DNA of 64,000 bases from Ferruginibacter sp. (lineage in GTDB: Bacteria > Bacteroidota > Bacteroidia > Chitinophagales > Chitinophagaceae), in NCBI GenBank assembly GCA_044342365.1, contig JBIIPY010000002.1, positions 34,711 to 98,710 of the forward strand. The letters run 5' to 3'. Numbering within the stretch: position 1 is the stretch's first letter; each line of letters begins with the position of its first letter. The notes beneath the pieces were generated by a model. That model saw nothing but the letters and a program-made list of their open reading frames with translations, was not told where the DNA came from and did not search any database. The position numbers were made by a program, and so were the translations under genes. Below are positions 1 to 9,907 of the stretch, in pieces.

Positions 1-1
1 A

Positions 2-634
2 CAATGCTGCGTTTAATTGTAGGATTACCCTTCCTGCAGACCTCGTATTTTTCTTTTGTTCTTCCTGCATTTGTGCAGATAGTTTTTGAATGAGGCTTTG
101 TTGTTTTTGTTTTTTCAGCTTGAGGGCAGACAATTCGTTTTGTAATTCTGAAGATTTTATTTTGTAATAATCCATCAGCTTTACCAATTCAGCTACGCTG
201 AGTCCGGTTTGAGACCCTTTTATTTCTTTGTTGGATTTTAACACCGTGAGCAGGTCTTCGGTAGTAGCAATGGAAATATTAACTTTCTCCATTTCGTTGT
301 TCACGAGCTCCATCGAATCCGTAATTTTCCGCATGGTGGGGGTACTGTTTTCGTTCACCAAATATTGGTTGCTGAATTCAACACCGAGAATAGTGACCGT
401 GCTGGGGCAATTTACCTGCAAGCTGTTGATATCGATACTGTTGCTAATGCCTTCAATGACCAGTTCGCTGTTGCCTTTGGGCAATCTGGCAGTAGCCGTA
501 TGGATCATTTCTGCACCAGATCTGTAAACAGTGACCGATTTCACATTGGAGGCAACTGTAGATCTATCGTCATTTGAAAAAGCAGCGGTGCTACCTAAAC
601 ATAGGAGCAACAGGAAAGGAAGTGATTTTGTCAT
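2..634 (-). CDS. DUF4140/DUF4139 (MuiA-like) secreted protein, 5' part only; runs off the window start
   Basis: Manual translation from ATG at 634: MTKSLPFLLLLCLGSTAAFSNDDRSTVASNVKSVTVYRSGAEMIHTATARLPKGNSELVIEGISNSIDINSLQV. It has a signal peptide and the 'VTVY..GA' DUF4140 start. It is absent from the ORF track, presumably because no stop lies in the window. Confidence 0.75.
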   Translation of the reverse strand, partial: MTKSLPFLLLLCLGSTAAFSNDDRSTVASNVKSVTVYRSGAEMIHTATARLPKGNSELVIEGISNSIDINSLQVNCPSTVTILGVEFSNQYLVNENSTPTMRKITDSMELVNNEMEKVNISIATTEDLLTVLKSNKEIKGSQTGLSVAELVKLMDYYKIKSSELQNELSALKLKKQKQQSLIQKLSAQMQEEQKKNTRSAGRVILQLNAAL

Positions 635-701
635 AACATCTTTTTTAGTGAATAGAAGAACACCCAAAAGATGACTAGGATAGATCGATTACATAAACAG
701 T

Positions 702-733
702 AAAAAAAAAGCCCTGCAAAATTTTTGCAGGGC
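702..733 (-). terminator. Intrinsic terminator of amt
   Basis: GCCCTGCAAA/TTTGCAGGGC hairpin with an adjacent A9 (U-tract on the minus strand), just downstream of the amt stop. Confidence 0.75.
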
Positions 734-753
734 CCTTCAAGAATATATATTAA

Positions 754-2076
754 TTACAACTTCTCCCCATGCTGGCTCAAATCGAGCCCTTCCTCTTCTT
801 CGGCTTCAGTAACTCTTAATGGGGTGATCAAATCTGTTAGTTTCAACAATAAATAGGTACCTATAAAAACAAACACCGCTACACCAACTGTTGTGAGCAG
901 GTGAACAGTGAATAATTTTGTTTCGCCAAAAAACAAACCGTTTCCAGTGGTATTGGCTGCATTGATGTGTTGATCTGCAAAAACGGCTGTCAATAAAAAT
1001 CCAACAATACCTCCTACCCCATGGCAAGGAAACACATCCAATGTATCATCGATATTGCTTTTGGTGCGCCATTCTACCATCATGTTGCTCACGATGCTGC
1101 TCACCACGCCTACGGTAAGCGAATGCGCAATACTAATGAACCCAGCAGCCGGCGTAATGGCTACCAGCCCAACCACTGCACCAATACAAGTGCCCATGGC
1201 AGATGGTTTGCGACCACGAACCGCATCAAAAATAATCCAAGTGAAAGCAGCGGCGGCAGAAGCGGTGGTGGTAGTGGCCAAAGCATTTACAGAAAGCAAA
1301 TTGGCGCCAAAAGCAGATCCTGCATTAAAACCAAACCATCCAAACCATAACAATCCTGTACCCAACAACACGTAGGTAATTCTCGCCGGCGTATGCACGT
1401 ATGATTTTCTTTTTTTCAAATACATCGCACCTACCAATGCCGCAATACCGGCGCTCATGTGTACTACCGTTCCTCCAGCAAAGTCGAGTACGCCATATTT
1501 AAACAAGATGCCATTGGGATGCCAGGTAGCATGTGCCAGTGGACAATAAATAAAAATGCAAAACAACGAGATGAATAAAATGTAAGAAGTAAACTTGATG
1601 CGTTCTGCAAATGCCCCAGTGATGAGTGCTGGGGTGATGATGGCAAATTTGAGTTGGTAAAAAGCAAACAACATCAAAGGTATAGTAGGCGCTAGCTCCC
1701 AAGGTTTACCATGCAACACGCCTTTCATTAAAAAGAAGGTGGTTGGATTACCGATGAAGCCTCCGATAGAATCGCCAAAGGCAAAACTAAACCCCACTAC
1801 CACCCAGATAATCGTAACCACGGCCATGCAGATATAACTCTGCAACATGGTACTGATCACATTTTTTTTGCTCACCATACCACCGTAGAAAAAAGCGAGC
1901 CCAGGTGTCATGATCAACACCAAACCTGCGGCGGTTAACATCCACGCTGTATCAGCTGCATCAATCGGGTGCGCCACTTTTGGCGGTATGGTAGAAGGAG
2001 AAAAAAACAATGTAGCTGCTACCAACAAGAGAAGCAATAAAAAAGGAAGCAGCGCAAGTTTACGGTTCATCGGCAT
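754..2076 (-). CDS. amt: Ammonium transporter (Amt family)
   Basis: ADTAWML, TPGLAFFYGG, DFAGGTVVHMSAG, WFGWFGFNAGS and DDTLDVFPCHGVGG; both twin-His residues present; polytopic membrane protein. Confidence 0.96.
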   Translation of the reverse strand: MPMNRKLALLPFLLLLLLVAATLFFSPSTIPPKVAHPIDAADTAWMLTAAGLVLIMTPGLAFFYGGMVSKKNVISTMLQSYICMAVVTIIWVVVGFSFAFGDSIGGFIGNPTTFFLMKGVLHGKPWELAPTIPLMLFAFYQLKFAIITPALITGAFAERIKFTSYILFISLFCIFIYCPLAHATWHPNGILFKYGVLDFAGGTVVHMSAGIAALVGAMYLKKRKSYVHTPARITYVLLGTGLLWFGWFGFNAGSAFGANLLSVNALATTTTASAAAAFTWIIFDAVRGRKPSAMGTCIGAVVGLVAITPAAGFISIAHSLTVGVVSSIVSNMMVEWRTKSNIDDTLDVFPCHGVGGIVGFLLTAVFADQHINAANTTGNGLFFGETKLFTVHLLTTVGVAVFVFIGTYLLLKLTDLITPLRVTEAEEEEGLDLSQHGEKL

Positions 2077-2167
2077 ACAAAAAATGGTTTTGGGTTTTGT
2101 ATGGCAGCATCGGCAATGGCTTATCCGCTAAAAATAGTTATTAATTTAATATCAAACGCAGGCTTTT

Positions 2168-2830
2168 TTAACTAAATAATTGCTGCAGTTGCGGATCGGT
2201 GTAATCATCTACCAACATCAGTACATTGTCGAAATGGGCAAACTCTTCTTCCGAATGGTACGTTTTAATTACAACTGCTTTCATACCTGCGTTGCGAGCT
2301 GCTTCTACTCCCTTCGGCGCATCTTCAAACACAATACAGTTTTCGTAGGCTGCACCCAATTTATCGGCGCATTGTAAAAAAACTTCGGGGTTGGGTTTAC
2401 TTACAGAAACATCATCAGCCGTAATGATGGCTCCAAAGTATTGCTGTATGGGCAAATGATTCAACACATAATTTACGTTATATGGGCTAGCGGCTGTGCC
2501 AATAGCCATTGCAATTTGATGAGCCGCTGCTTTTTGTAAAAAGCTATCCAATCCAGCAATGAGTTGAAGGTGCGGCAGAAAAGCTTCTTGGTATTTTTTT
2601 TCTTTTTTGAGTGAATAAGCCGCCGCCTCTTCTGGTTTGAAACGATCTTTGCCAAACACCCTTTCAAACAATTCTTCATTTTTACCATACATGTGGCTTT
2701 TTACATCCGCCATGGTCATGTTGGCATTTAAGTCATTGTTCAATATATCAAACCACGCTTTTTCATGAAAATGCATATCGTTGATCATGGTTCCATTCAT
2801 GTCGAATAAAAAAGCGGTGGAAGCGTTCAT
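2168..2830 (-). CDS. HAD-family phosphatase (beta-phosphoglucomutase-like, subfamily IA)
   Basis: Motif I FDMNGT, motif III KPNPEVF, motif IV VFEDAPKGVEAARNAGM. Start set at MNAST (2830) rather than 2878. Confidence 0.85.
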   Translation of the reverse strand: MNASTAFLFDMNGTMINDMHFHEKAWFDILNNDLNANMTMADVKSHMYGKNEELFERVFGKDRFKPEEAAAYSLKKEKKYQEAFLPHLQLIAGLDSFLQKAAAHQIAMAIGTAASPYNVNYVLNHLPIQQYFGAIITADDVSVSKPNPEVFLQCADKLGAAYENCIVFEDAPKGVEAARNAGMKAVVIKTYHSEEEFAHFDNVLMLVDDYTDPQLQQLFS

Positions 2831-2928
2831 GTTCTTAAAAATTTTTATGATAAAATAATGCTGAAATACAAAGAGCATCCATTTCAGAATGCTCTTTGTT
2901 GTATTAAATGTTATAGATCTTTAAATCA

Positions 2929-5900
2929 TTACATGTCGCGCCCATGGCATTGTTTAAACTTCTTGCCGCTTCCACAAGGACAAGGATCGTTTCTACCAAT
3001 TTTAGGTTCAACCCGAACTGGCTCTTGTTTTACGGGAGCGGATGGATCAAAATAATCTCTTTCGTTGGCTGCATAATCATCACCCGCTGCATCAATCTGC
3101 GCTTTGTTGTTCTGCATGTTGCTCATGTCTGTTTTTCCGCGACTGCCTTCCTGAATGGCCCCTGCAGTTTGTTCCATCGGAATACCTGCATGAGAAAGGA
3201 AGCTCACAATATCTTTGTTTACCTGATCATCCATTTGTTTGAATGCAGCAAAGGCTTCGATCTTGTATATCACCAATGGATCTTTTTGCTCATAGCCTGC
3301 CGTTTGCACACTCTGACGCAGATCATCCATGGCTCTTAAGTGTTCTTTCCAGGCATCGTCAATCATGGCGAGGGTAATGGTGCGTTCTAAAGCCGAGCCC
3401 AATTCCATTCCATTGCTGGAAAGGTATTTGTCTAAATTGGCCAATGCTTGAATGCCTTTTTTACCATCTGTGAAGGGTACAGCAACATTCACAATATGGT
3501 TGCCCTGTTCTTTCCGGATGTTGGTGATGATGGGCATGGTTTGTTCTGCCAGCGCATGTTTCTTTTTATTGTATTGCGCAATGGCTTCGTAGTACAGTTG
3601 TTGTGCAACAGTGTTGATATTACCTTTGGTCAACTCTTCTTCAGTGATACCGGTTTCGATTCCGAAGTTAACAATAGCAGCCAGTTTGAACCCTTCGATA
3701 TCGGCTGTTTCTCTGAATGAATGTATGAGCCCTTCTGCTACAGAATAAAAAGCATTGTCGAGATCCAACGCCAATCTTTCTCCAAACAAGGCATGGTTGC
3801 GTTTTCCGTACACCACGTTTCTTTGCTTGTTCATTACATCATCGTATTCGAGCAAACGTTTGCGGATGCCGAAGTTGTTTTCCTCCACTTTTTTCTGTGC
3901 TCTTTCAATACTTTTAGTGATCATGCTGTGTTGAATCATCTCTCCTTCCTTGTATCCCATTCTATCCATCAAGCCAGCAATTCTTTCGCTACCAAACATG
4001 CGCATCAAATCATCTTCGAGCGAAACAAAGAAAGTAGAACTTCCCGGATCACCTTGTCGTCCTGCTCTACCACGCAACTGCCTGTCTACACGCCTGCTCT
4101 CATGACGTTCTGTTCCAACGATGGCCAAACCGCCCACTTCTTTTACACCTGGCCCGAGCTTGATATCGGTACCACGACCAGCCATGTTGGTGGCAATGGT
4201 AACCGCACCCGGCATACCAGCTTCTGCAACTACTTGCGCTTCTTTGCTGTGTTGTTTTGCGTTCAATACATTGTGCGGAATGTTTTTTTGTTTCAACATT
4301 CTGCTCAACAATTCACTTACTTCTACCGAGGTAGTACCCACCAATGTTGGTCTTTTGGCATTGATGTTGAGTTCTACTTCTTCGATAACAGCCTTGTATT
4401 TCTCTCTTTTGGTTTTATACACTTTATCCTGGTCATCTTTCCTAATCACTTTTACGTTGGTTGGAATAGAAACCACATCTAATTTGTAAATGCTCCACAA
4501 CTCTGCTGCTTCTGTTTCGGCAGTACCCGTCATACCACACAATTTGTGGTACATACGAAAGTAGTTCTGCAGGGTTACTGTTGCGTAGGTTTGGGTAGAA
4601 GCTTCAATTTTTACATTTTCTTTTGCTTCGATGGCCTGGTGCAAACCGTCGCTGTAACGGCGGCCTTCCATGATACGACCAGTTTGTTCATCTACAATTT
4701 TAACGGCTTCCTCCATCACTACATACTCTATATCTTTTTCAAACAAGGTGTAAGCTTTCAGCAATTGCTGAACGGTGTGAATACGATCTGCTTTTAAAGA
4801 ATATTCGTTGATGAGGTTTTCTTTGCGTTGCAATTTTTCTTCCGCTGATAAATCTGTTTTATCTATCTCGCCTAGTTTGGTGGCGATATCGGGAAGAATA
4901 AAAAACTCAGGATCTTCTCCCTGGCGGGTGATGAGTTGAATGCCCTGATCGGTCAATTCTACTTGGTTGTTTTTTTCATCGATGGTAAAAAACAATTCAG
5001 CATCTACCTTGGGCATTTCTTTCTGCTGATCTGCCAAGTAATAGTTTTCACTTTTTTGCAATTTCACCCGCATTCCTGGTTCACTCAAAAACTTAATGAG
5101 TGCACCACTTTTGGGTAACCCACGGTGGGCACGCATCAACGCCAATCCAGCATCTTTGGGGTCGTCGTTGCCTTCAGCAATTTTTTTCTTTGCTTCAATT
5201 AAATATTGATTGGTTGCTTTTTTCTGCGCATCCAACAATCTTTCAATTCTAGGTTTGAGATCGAAGAATTGCTGAACGTTGTCGCTGTGACCAATGGGCC
5301 CACTGATGATCAATGGCGTTCGGGCATCATCAATCAACACACTATCTACCTCATCTACCATGGCAAAATGATGTTTGCGTTGTACCATTTCCTCTGGACT
5401 GTGTACCATATTGTCTCTCAGGTAATCGAAGCCAAATTCGTTGTTGGTACCGTAGGTAATATCGGCATTGTATGCTTTGCGGCGAGCATCGCTGTTGGGT
5501 TCGTGTTTATCGATACAATCTACGCGCAGGCCCAGCCATTCAAAGATGGGACCATTCCATTCACTGTCTCTTTTGGCGAGGTAATCATTTACAGTAACGA
5601 TATGCACACCTTCCTCTGCCAATGCATTGAGGTAAGCAGGCAAGGTACTCACCAGGGTTTTACCTTCGCCGGTGGCCATTTCTGCAATTTTTCCACTGTG
5701 CAAAACAGCACCACCAATGAGCTGTACGTCGTAATGCACCATGTTCCATGTAACGGCTCCTCCAGCGGCAGTCCAGGTGTTTTTGTATTCTACCTGATCA
5801 CCTACGATGGTGATATGCGCTTTTTGTGATGCTAGTTCACGGTCGAGATCGGTTGCGGTAGAAACAACAATTTCATTTTCCTTGAATCGTTTGCCCGTTT

Positions 5901-6252
5901 CTTTCACCACAGCAAATGCTTCTGGCAATATTTCTTTTAGGATTACTTCTATTTCCTGATCACGTTCTTTTTTGAGGGCATCGATTTCCTTGTAAATACC
6001 ATCTCTGCTATTGATCTCTTCTGATGGCAGCGCTTCTGCCTCGGCTTTTTTATTTTGAATGTTTTCATCGATGGTGGCCAAGTGTGCTTTTATACGAGCC
6101 TTGAACTCCACCGTTTTGTTCCGAAGCTCGTCGTTAGTGATGCTTTGGTATTCCCCAAAAAAACGACTGGCTTTTTGAACCAACGGGGTAATAGGTTTTA
6201 GGTCTTTTTCGCTTTTACTGCCTCCAAAGATCTTAGATATGATTCCTAACAT
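2929..6252 (-). CDS. secA: Preprotein translocase subunit SecA
   Basis: AEMATGEGKTL, VDEVDSVLIDDARTPLIISG, IATNMAGRGTDI, QLRGRAGRQGDPG and a C-terminal SEC-C motif GRNDPCPCGSGKKFKQCHG. Confidence 0.99.
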   Translation of the reverse strand: MLGIISKIFGGSKSEKDLKPITPLVQKASRFFGEYQSITNDELRNKTVEFKARIKAHLATIDENIQNKKAEAEALPSEEINSRDGIYKEIDALKKERDQEIEVILKEILPEAFAVVKETGKRFKENEIVVSTATDLDRELASQKAHITIVGDQVEYKNTWTAAGGAVTWNMVHYDVQLIGGAVLHSGKIAEMATGEGKTLVSTLPAYLNALAEEGVHIVTVNDYLAKRDSEWNGPIFEWLGLRVDCIDKHEPNSDARRKAYNADITYGTNNEFGFDYLRDNMVHSPEEMVQRKHHFAMVDEVDSVLIDDARTPLIISGPIGHSDNVQQFFDLKPRIERLLDAQKKATNQYLIEAKKKIAEGNDDPKDAGLALMRAHRGLPKSGALIKFLSEPGMRVKLQKSENYYLADQQKEMPKVDAELFFTIDEKNNQVELTDQGIQLITRQGEDPEFFILPDIATKLGEIDKTDLSAEEKLQRKENLINEYSLKADRIHTVQQLLKAYTLFEKDIEYVVMEEAVKIVDEQTGRIMEGRRYSDGLHQAIEAKENVKIEASTQTYATVTLQNYFRMYHKLCGMTGTAETEAAELWSIYKLDVVSIPTNVKVIRKDDQDKVYKTKREKYKAVIEEVELNINAKRPTLVGTTSVEVSELLSRMLKQKNIPHNVLNAKQHSKEAQVVAEAGMPGAVTIATNMAGRGTDIKLGPGVKEVGGLAIVGTERHESRRVDRQLRGRAGRQGDPGSSTFFVSLEDDLMRMFGSERIAGLMDRMGYKEGEMIQHSMITKSIERAQKKVEENNFGIRKRLLEYDDVMNKQRNVVYGKRNHALFGERLALDLDNAFYSVAEGLIHSFRETADIEGFKLAAIVNFGIETGITEEELTKGNINTVAQQLYYEAIAQYNKKKHALAEQTMPIITNIRKEQGNHIVNVAVPFTDGKKGIQALANLDKYLSSNGMELGSALERTITLAMIDDAWKEHLRAMDDLRQSVQTAGYEQKDPLVIYKIEAFAAFKQMDDQVNKDIVSFLSHAGIPMEQTAGAIQEGSRGKTDMSNMQNNKAQIDAAGDDYAANERDYFDPSAPVKQEPVRVEPKIGRNDPCPCGSGKKFKQCHGRDM

Positions 6253-6352
6253 AATTTTTTAGTATTGATAAATACGATAATACGGTTCGTTCTCTATTTT
6301 GCCAGTCAAATATGGTGCTACTTGTGTTATATAGCCAAATTGACAGGGGGAG

Positions 6353-6360
6353 CAAAGGTA
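6353..6360 (-). promoter_or_regulatory. Bacteroidota sigma-A -7 box for secA
   Basis: TACCTTTG on the minus strand (TAnnTTTG consensus), ~100 bp upstream of secA. Confidence 0.65.
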
Positions 6361-6589
6361 CAAAGAAGTTGTATTAGTAAAACGATCAAATAAAAGGTTT
6401 ACAAAAGGTTGATGGAACCACATACATGATTATGTGTTGTAATGTGAAACAAGCTGTATAAAAGTACATTGAGGCATTGAACAGTTGTACATGGTCAACC
6501 AAAAAAGAAGTTTTTATGGTGATTTACCTGTTTAAAATAATGGCTGTTTTCGCAAAGATTTGGCAGATGGATTTTTAACCCATTTGCCC

Positions 6590-6597
6590 TACCTTTG
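6590..6597 (+). promoter_or_regulatory. Bacteroidota -7 box for atpG
   Basis: TACCTTTG followed by C, 70 bp upstream of the atpG ATG. Confidence 0.7.
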
Positions 6598-6667
6598 CGG
6601 CTCTAAAAAATACCACACATACTAAAAATAGCAGATAAGTGGTTTTACCATAAAACAATACACGACC

Positions 6668-7549
6668 ATGAGCGGTGCATTAAAAGAAGTTAGAAACCGA
6701 ATTAAAAGTGTTCAGAGTACCCAACAAATTACCAAGGCAATGAAAATGGTGAGCGCGGCGAAATTGCGTCGTGCACAGGATGCCATCACACAAATGCGCC
6801 CATATGCGCAGAAGCTGCAAGAAATGTTGAGCAATATTGTGAGCAACAACGATGGGGAAGTTTCTATGGCATTGGCCGCTGAGAGACCGGTAGAAAAAGT
6901 GCTGATCATGGTGGTTACCAGTGATCGTGGTTTGTGTGGTGGCTACAACAGTAACCTGATTAAACTATCAAAACAAATTATAAAAGATAAATACGCAGCT
7001 CAGGCAGCAAAAGGCAATGTACAAATATTGCCGATTGGTAAAAAAGCATACGAGCATTTCAATAAAAATGGTTTCAGTTGTGTAAACCAATATTGGGATC
7101 TGTTTACAGGGTTGAGTTTTGAAAGAGTGCAAACAGCTGCCAAATATGCAATGGATGCTTTTGCAGCCAAAGAAGTAGATGCAGTTGAATTGGTGTACAG
7201 CGAATTTAAAAATGCGGCTACGCAGCAATACATAGCGGAAGCATTTTTACCTGTTCAAAAAGTAAGCAATACACAGTCTGTAAAAAAAGCGGATTTTATT
7301 TACGAGCCAGGCAAAGAAGTGTTGATTGCTGAACTGATGCCGAAGATCCTGAACACCCAATTGTTCAAAGCCGTGTTAGATGGCAATGCCAGTGAACACG
7401 GGGCACGAATGACTGCAATGGATAAAGCAAGTGACAATGCCAACGAATTATTGAAATCATTGAAGATTAGTTACAACAGAGCCAGACAAGCAGCTATTAC
7501 TACAGAATTGACAGAAATTGTAAGTGGAGCAGCGGCATTGCAGGGATAA
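6668..7549 (+). CDS. atpG: F1 ATP synthase gamma subunit
   Basis: QITKAMKMVSAAKL, TSDRGLCGGYN, ASEHGARMTAMDKASDNA and NRARQAAITTELTEIVSGA. Confidence 0.99.
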   Translation: MSGALKEVRNRIKSVQSTQQITKAMKMVSAAKLRRAQDAITQMRPYAQKLQEMLSNIVSNNDGEVSMALAAERPVEKVLIMVVTSDRGLCGGYNSNLIKLSKQIIKDKYAAQAAKGNVQILPIGKKAYEHFNKNGFSCVNQYWDLFTGLSFERVQTAAKYAMDAFAAKEVDAVELVYSEFKNAATQQYIAEAFLPVQKVSNTQSVKKADFIYEPGKEVLIAELMPKILNTQLFKAVLDGNASEHGARMTAMDKASDNANELLKSLKISYNRARQAAITTELTEIVSGAAALQG

Positions 7550-7642
7550 TTGTTCACTTAAATAAAAATCAATACCGATGCCTTGTAACATCGTATTGTG
7601 AAATCTGGTAGATGAACCTCAATAAAAGGAACCAACAACTCA

Positions 7643-8509
7643 ATGAACATTAGCACCATCATCCCACACATAGAAGCATTGATCTTCGCCAGCGATAAGC
7701 CATTGACGGCATTGGAGATAACAGAATATGTAAACAATGCATTGGGTTTTATAGAAGATCGCGCCAGTTTAGACCAAGTAGAAACTGCCATTGAGGGAAT
7801 CAAAGAAAAATACGACACAGAGTTTTACGCATTCGAGCTAAAACAAAGTGGAGGCGGTTTGCAGTTCCTCACCAAGGCAGCCTATCACAAAACGGTAGCA
7901 TTGATAAACGGTGATAAATTCATCAAAAAATTATCAACAGCCTCGCTCGAAACATTGGCCATCATTGCTTACAAGCAGCCCATTACCAAAAGTGAAATTG
8001 AAAGCATTCGTGGTGTAAACTGTGATTATGCAGTGCAGAAATTGTTAGAGAAAGATCTCATCATCATCAGCGGTAGAAATGAAGACGCAGTTGGGAAGCC
8101 CTTGATATATGCCACCTCCAAATCGTTTATGGATTATTTCGGCATCAACAGTGCCGATGATTTGCCAAAGATCAGTGAAGTATTGATCGAAGAATTTACA
8201 AAGGCTACTTCTGTAAACGATATTATGGAAGCCAATGCAGAAGAAGCAGCAGCACTCGAAGCGGCAGGTATAGAAGAAACCATCACAGCAGAGGAAGCAT
8301 TGAGTGTAATGGACGATACTGAAGCTACCTTTACTGAAGATGTGGTGGAGCCAAGCGATTCAAATGATGTTGATATTGTTACAGAAACCGTCGAAGATAA
8401 AGAAGCAGCCCAATCCATTGAATACAGCAACGCATTAACAGAAGATGTTGTGGAAGAAGCAACAGAGAACGAGCATAACACAGAAGATAAACAGGAAGAG
8501 GAAGCCTGA
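7643..8509 (+). CDS. scpB: SMC-Scp complex subunit ScpB with long acidic C-terminal tail
   Basis: IEALIFAS, LSTASLETLAIIAYKQPITKSEIESIRGVN and GKPLIYATSKSFMDYFGI...DLP; the last ~100 aa are Glu/Asp/Ala/Thr rich. Confidence 0.93.
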   Translation: MNISTIIPHIEALIFASDKPLTALEITEYVNNALGFIEDRASLDQVETAIEGIKEKYDTEFYAFELKQSGGGLQFLTKAAYHKTVALINGDKFIKKLSTASLETLAIIAYKQPITKSEIESIRGVNCDYAVQKLLEKDLIIISGRNEDAVGKPLIYATSKSFMDYFGINSADDLPKISEVLIEEFTKATSVNDIMEANAEEAAALEAAGIEETITAEEALSVMDDTEATFTEDVVEPSDSNDVDIVTETVEDKEAAQSIEYSNALTEDVVEEATENEHNTEDKQEEEA

Positions 8510-8534
8510 TAAAATAAAGGTATTTCATTTTATC

Positions 8535-8566
8535 AAAGGCATTTCACTGAGTTGAATGCCTTTTTT
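8535..8566 (+). terminator. Intrinsic terminator after scpB
   Basis: AAAGGCATTTCA...TGAATGCCTTT stem followed by a T-run. Confidence 0.7.
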
Positions 8567-8651
8567 ATTTTTAGGAAATAGGCGTGTATTTGAAATTTAA
8601 AAACATCCATTGTTCATTCATCAAATAAACAAAACCATCCCAACAGCAACA

Positions 8652-9857
8652 ATGTCATCCATTTCTAACAAACAATTTATTGAAATAGCCAAAGCATACG
8701 GCACGCCCGTTTACGTGTACGATGCAGATTACATCACTGCGCAATACCAAAAGCTCAGCGATGCTTTTGCGAACATGAACACCCATTTTTTTTATGCATG
8801 TAAAGCTTTGACAAATGTGAACATTCTGAAACACATTCACAATATCGGCTGTAATGTGGATTGCAGTTCTATCAACGAAGCAAAAATGGCTTTGTTGGCG
8901 GGTTTCGAGCCCAAACAAATTTTGTATACTTCTAACGGTATACATTTTACAGAAATTGAAGAAGCACAATCGCTGGGGTTACACATCAACATCGACAGCA
9001 TCAGCAATTTGGAAAAATTTGGCAAAAAATTCGGGCATCATTATCCGGTAGGAATAAGACTAAGGCCTAACATTATGGCTGGGGGCAATCTTAAAATTTC
9101 TACAGGTCACGATAAAAGTAAATTCGGCATTCCAGTAGAACAATTAAAAGAGGTTTTGGCGTTGGTTGAACAACACGATCTTCACATCCAAAATCTGCAC
9201 ATACATACAGGGAGTGATATAAAAGATGTGGATGTTTTTGTGAAAGGAATTGAAGTGCTATTCGATATCATTCCACATTTTAAAGAATTAACCTCCATTG
9301 ATTTGGGTGGTGGTTTCAAAGTTCCTTATAAAGATGGGGACACTGAAACAGACATGCCGCTGCTTGCACAAAAAGTGCAGGAGGCTTTTGCCAATCATCC
9401 TAACCCCAACGGAAAACCACTGCAGGTTTGGTTTGAACCAGGTAAATATTTAGTGAGTGGTGCTGGGTTTTTATTGGCTTCGGTAAACGTTTTAAAAGAA
9501 ACCCCTGCGGTGTGTTTTGCAGGATTAAATACCGGCTTCAATCATTTAATCAGACCCATGTTCTACGATGCGTATCATGGCATTGAAAACATTAGTAATA
9601 CCGATGGACCAATTCGTGAATACGCGGTAGTGGGCAATATATGCGAAACAGACAGTTTTGCTTGGGACAGGCCACTGAACGAAATTAGAGAAGAAGACAT
9701 CCTGTTGTTTAAAAATGCAGGTGCGTATGGCTTTGAAATGAGTAGCAACTTCAACAGCCGATACAAGCCAGCAGAAGTAATGGTAAAAGAGGGAACGGTT
9801 ACGCTTATACGCAGAAGAGATGTATTTGAAGACCTCTTAACCAACCAGATCTTGTAA
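8652..9857 (+). CDS. lysA: Diaminopimelate decarboxylase
   Basis: GTPVYVYD, FYACKA (PLP Lys), HIHTGS, DLGGGF, EPGKYLV, VVGNICETD and GAYG. Start set at ATG 8652 rather than TTG 8610. Confidence 0.95.
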   Translation: MSSISNKQFIEIAKAYGTPVYVYDADYITAQYQKLSDAFANMNTHFFYACKALTNVNILKHIHNIGCNVDCSSINEAKMALLAGFEPKQILYTSNGIHFTEIEEAQSLGLHINIDSISNLEKFGKKFGHHYPVGIRLRPNIMAGGNLKISTGHDKSKFGIPVEQLKEVLALVEQHDLHIQNLHIHTGSDIKDVDVFVKGIEVLFDIIPHFKELTSIDLGGGFKVPYKDGDTETDMPLLAQKVQEAFANHPNPNGKPLQVWFEPGKYLVSGAGFLLASVNVLKETPAVCFAGLNTGFNHLIRPMFYDAYHGIENISNTDGPIREYAVVGNICETDSFAWDRPLNEIREEDILLFKNAGAYGFEMSSNFNSRYKPAEVMVKEGTVTLIRRRDVFEDLLTNQIL

Positions 9858-9858
9858 T

Positions 9859-9890
9859 AAAAAAACCGATGCATTTGCATCGGTTTTTTT
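9859..9890. terminator. Bidirectional terminator between lysA and the convergent metalloprotease
   Basis: AAAAAAACCGATGC-ATTT-GCATCGGTTTTTTT perfect hairpin with A- and T-runs on both sides. Confidence 0.85.
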
Positions 9891-9907
9891 TGTTTTATTT
9901 TTTTATT

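Noticed and set aside
228-577. Plus-strand ORFs 228-527 and 365-577
   Set aside because: They are antisense shadows of the DUF4140/4139 gene on the minus strand.
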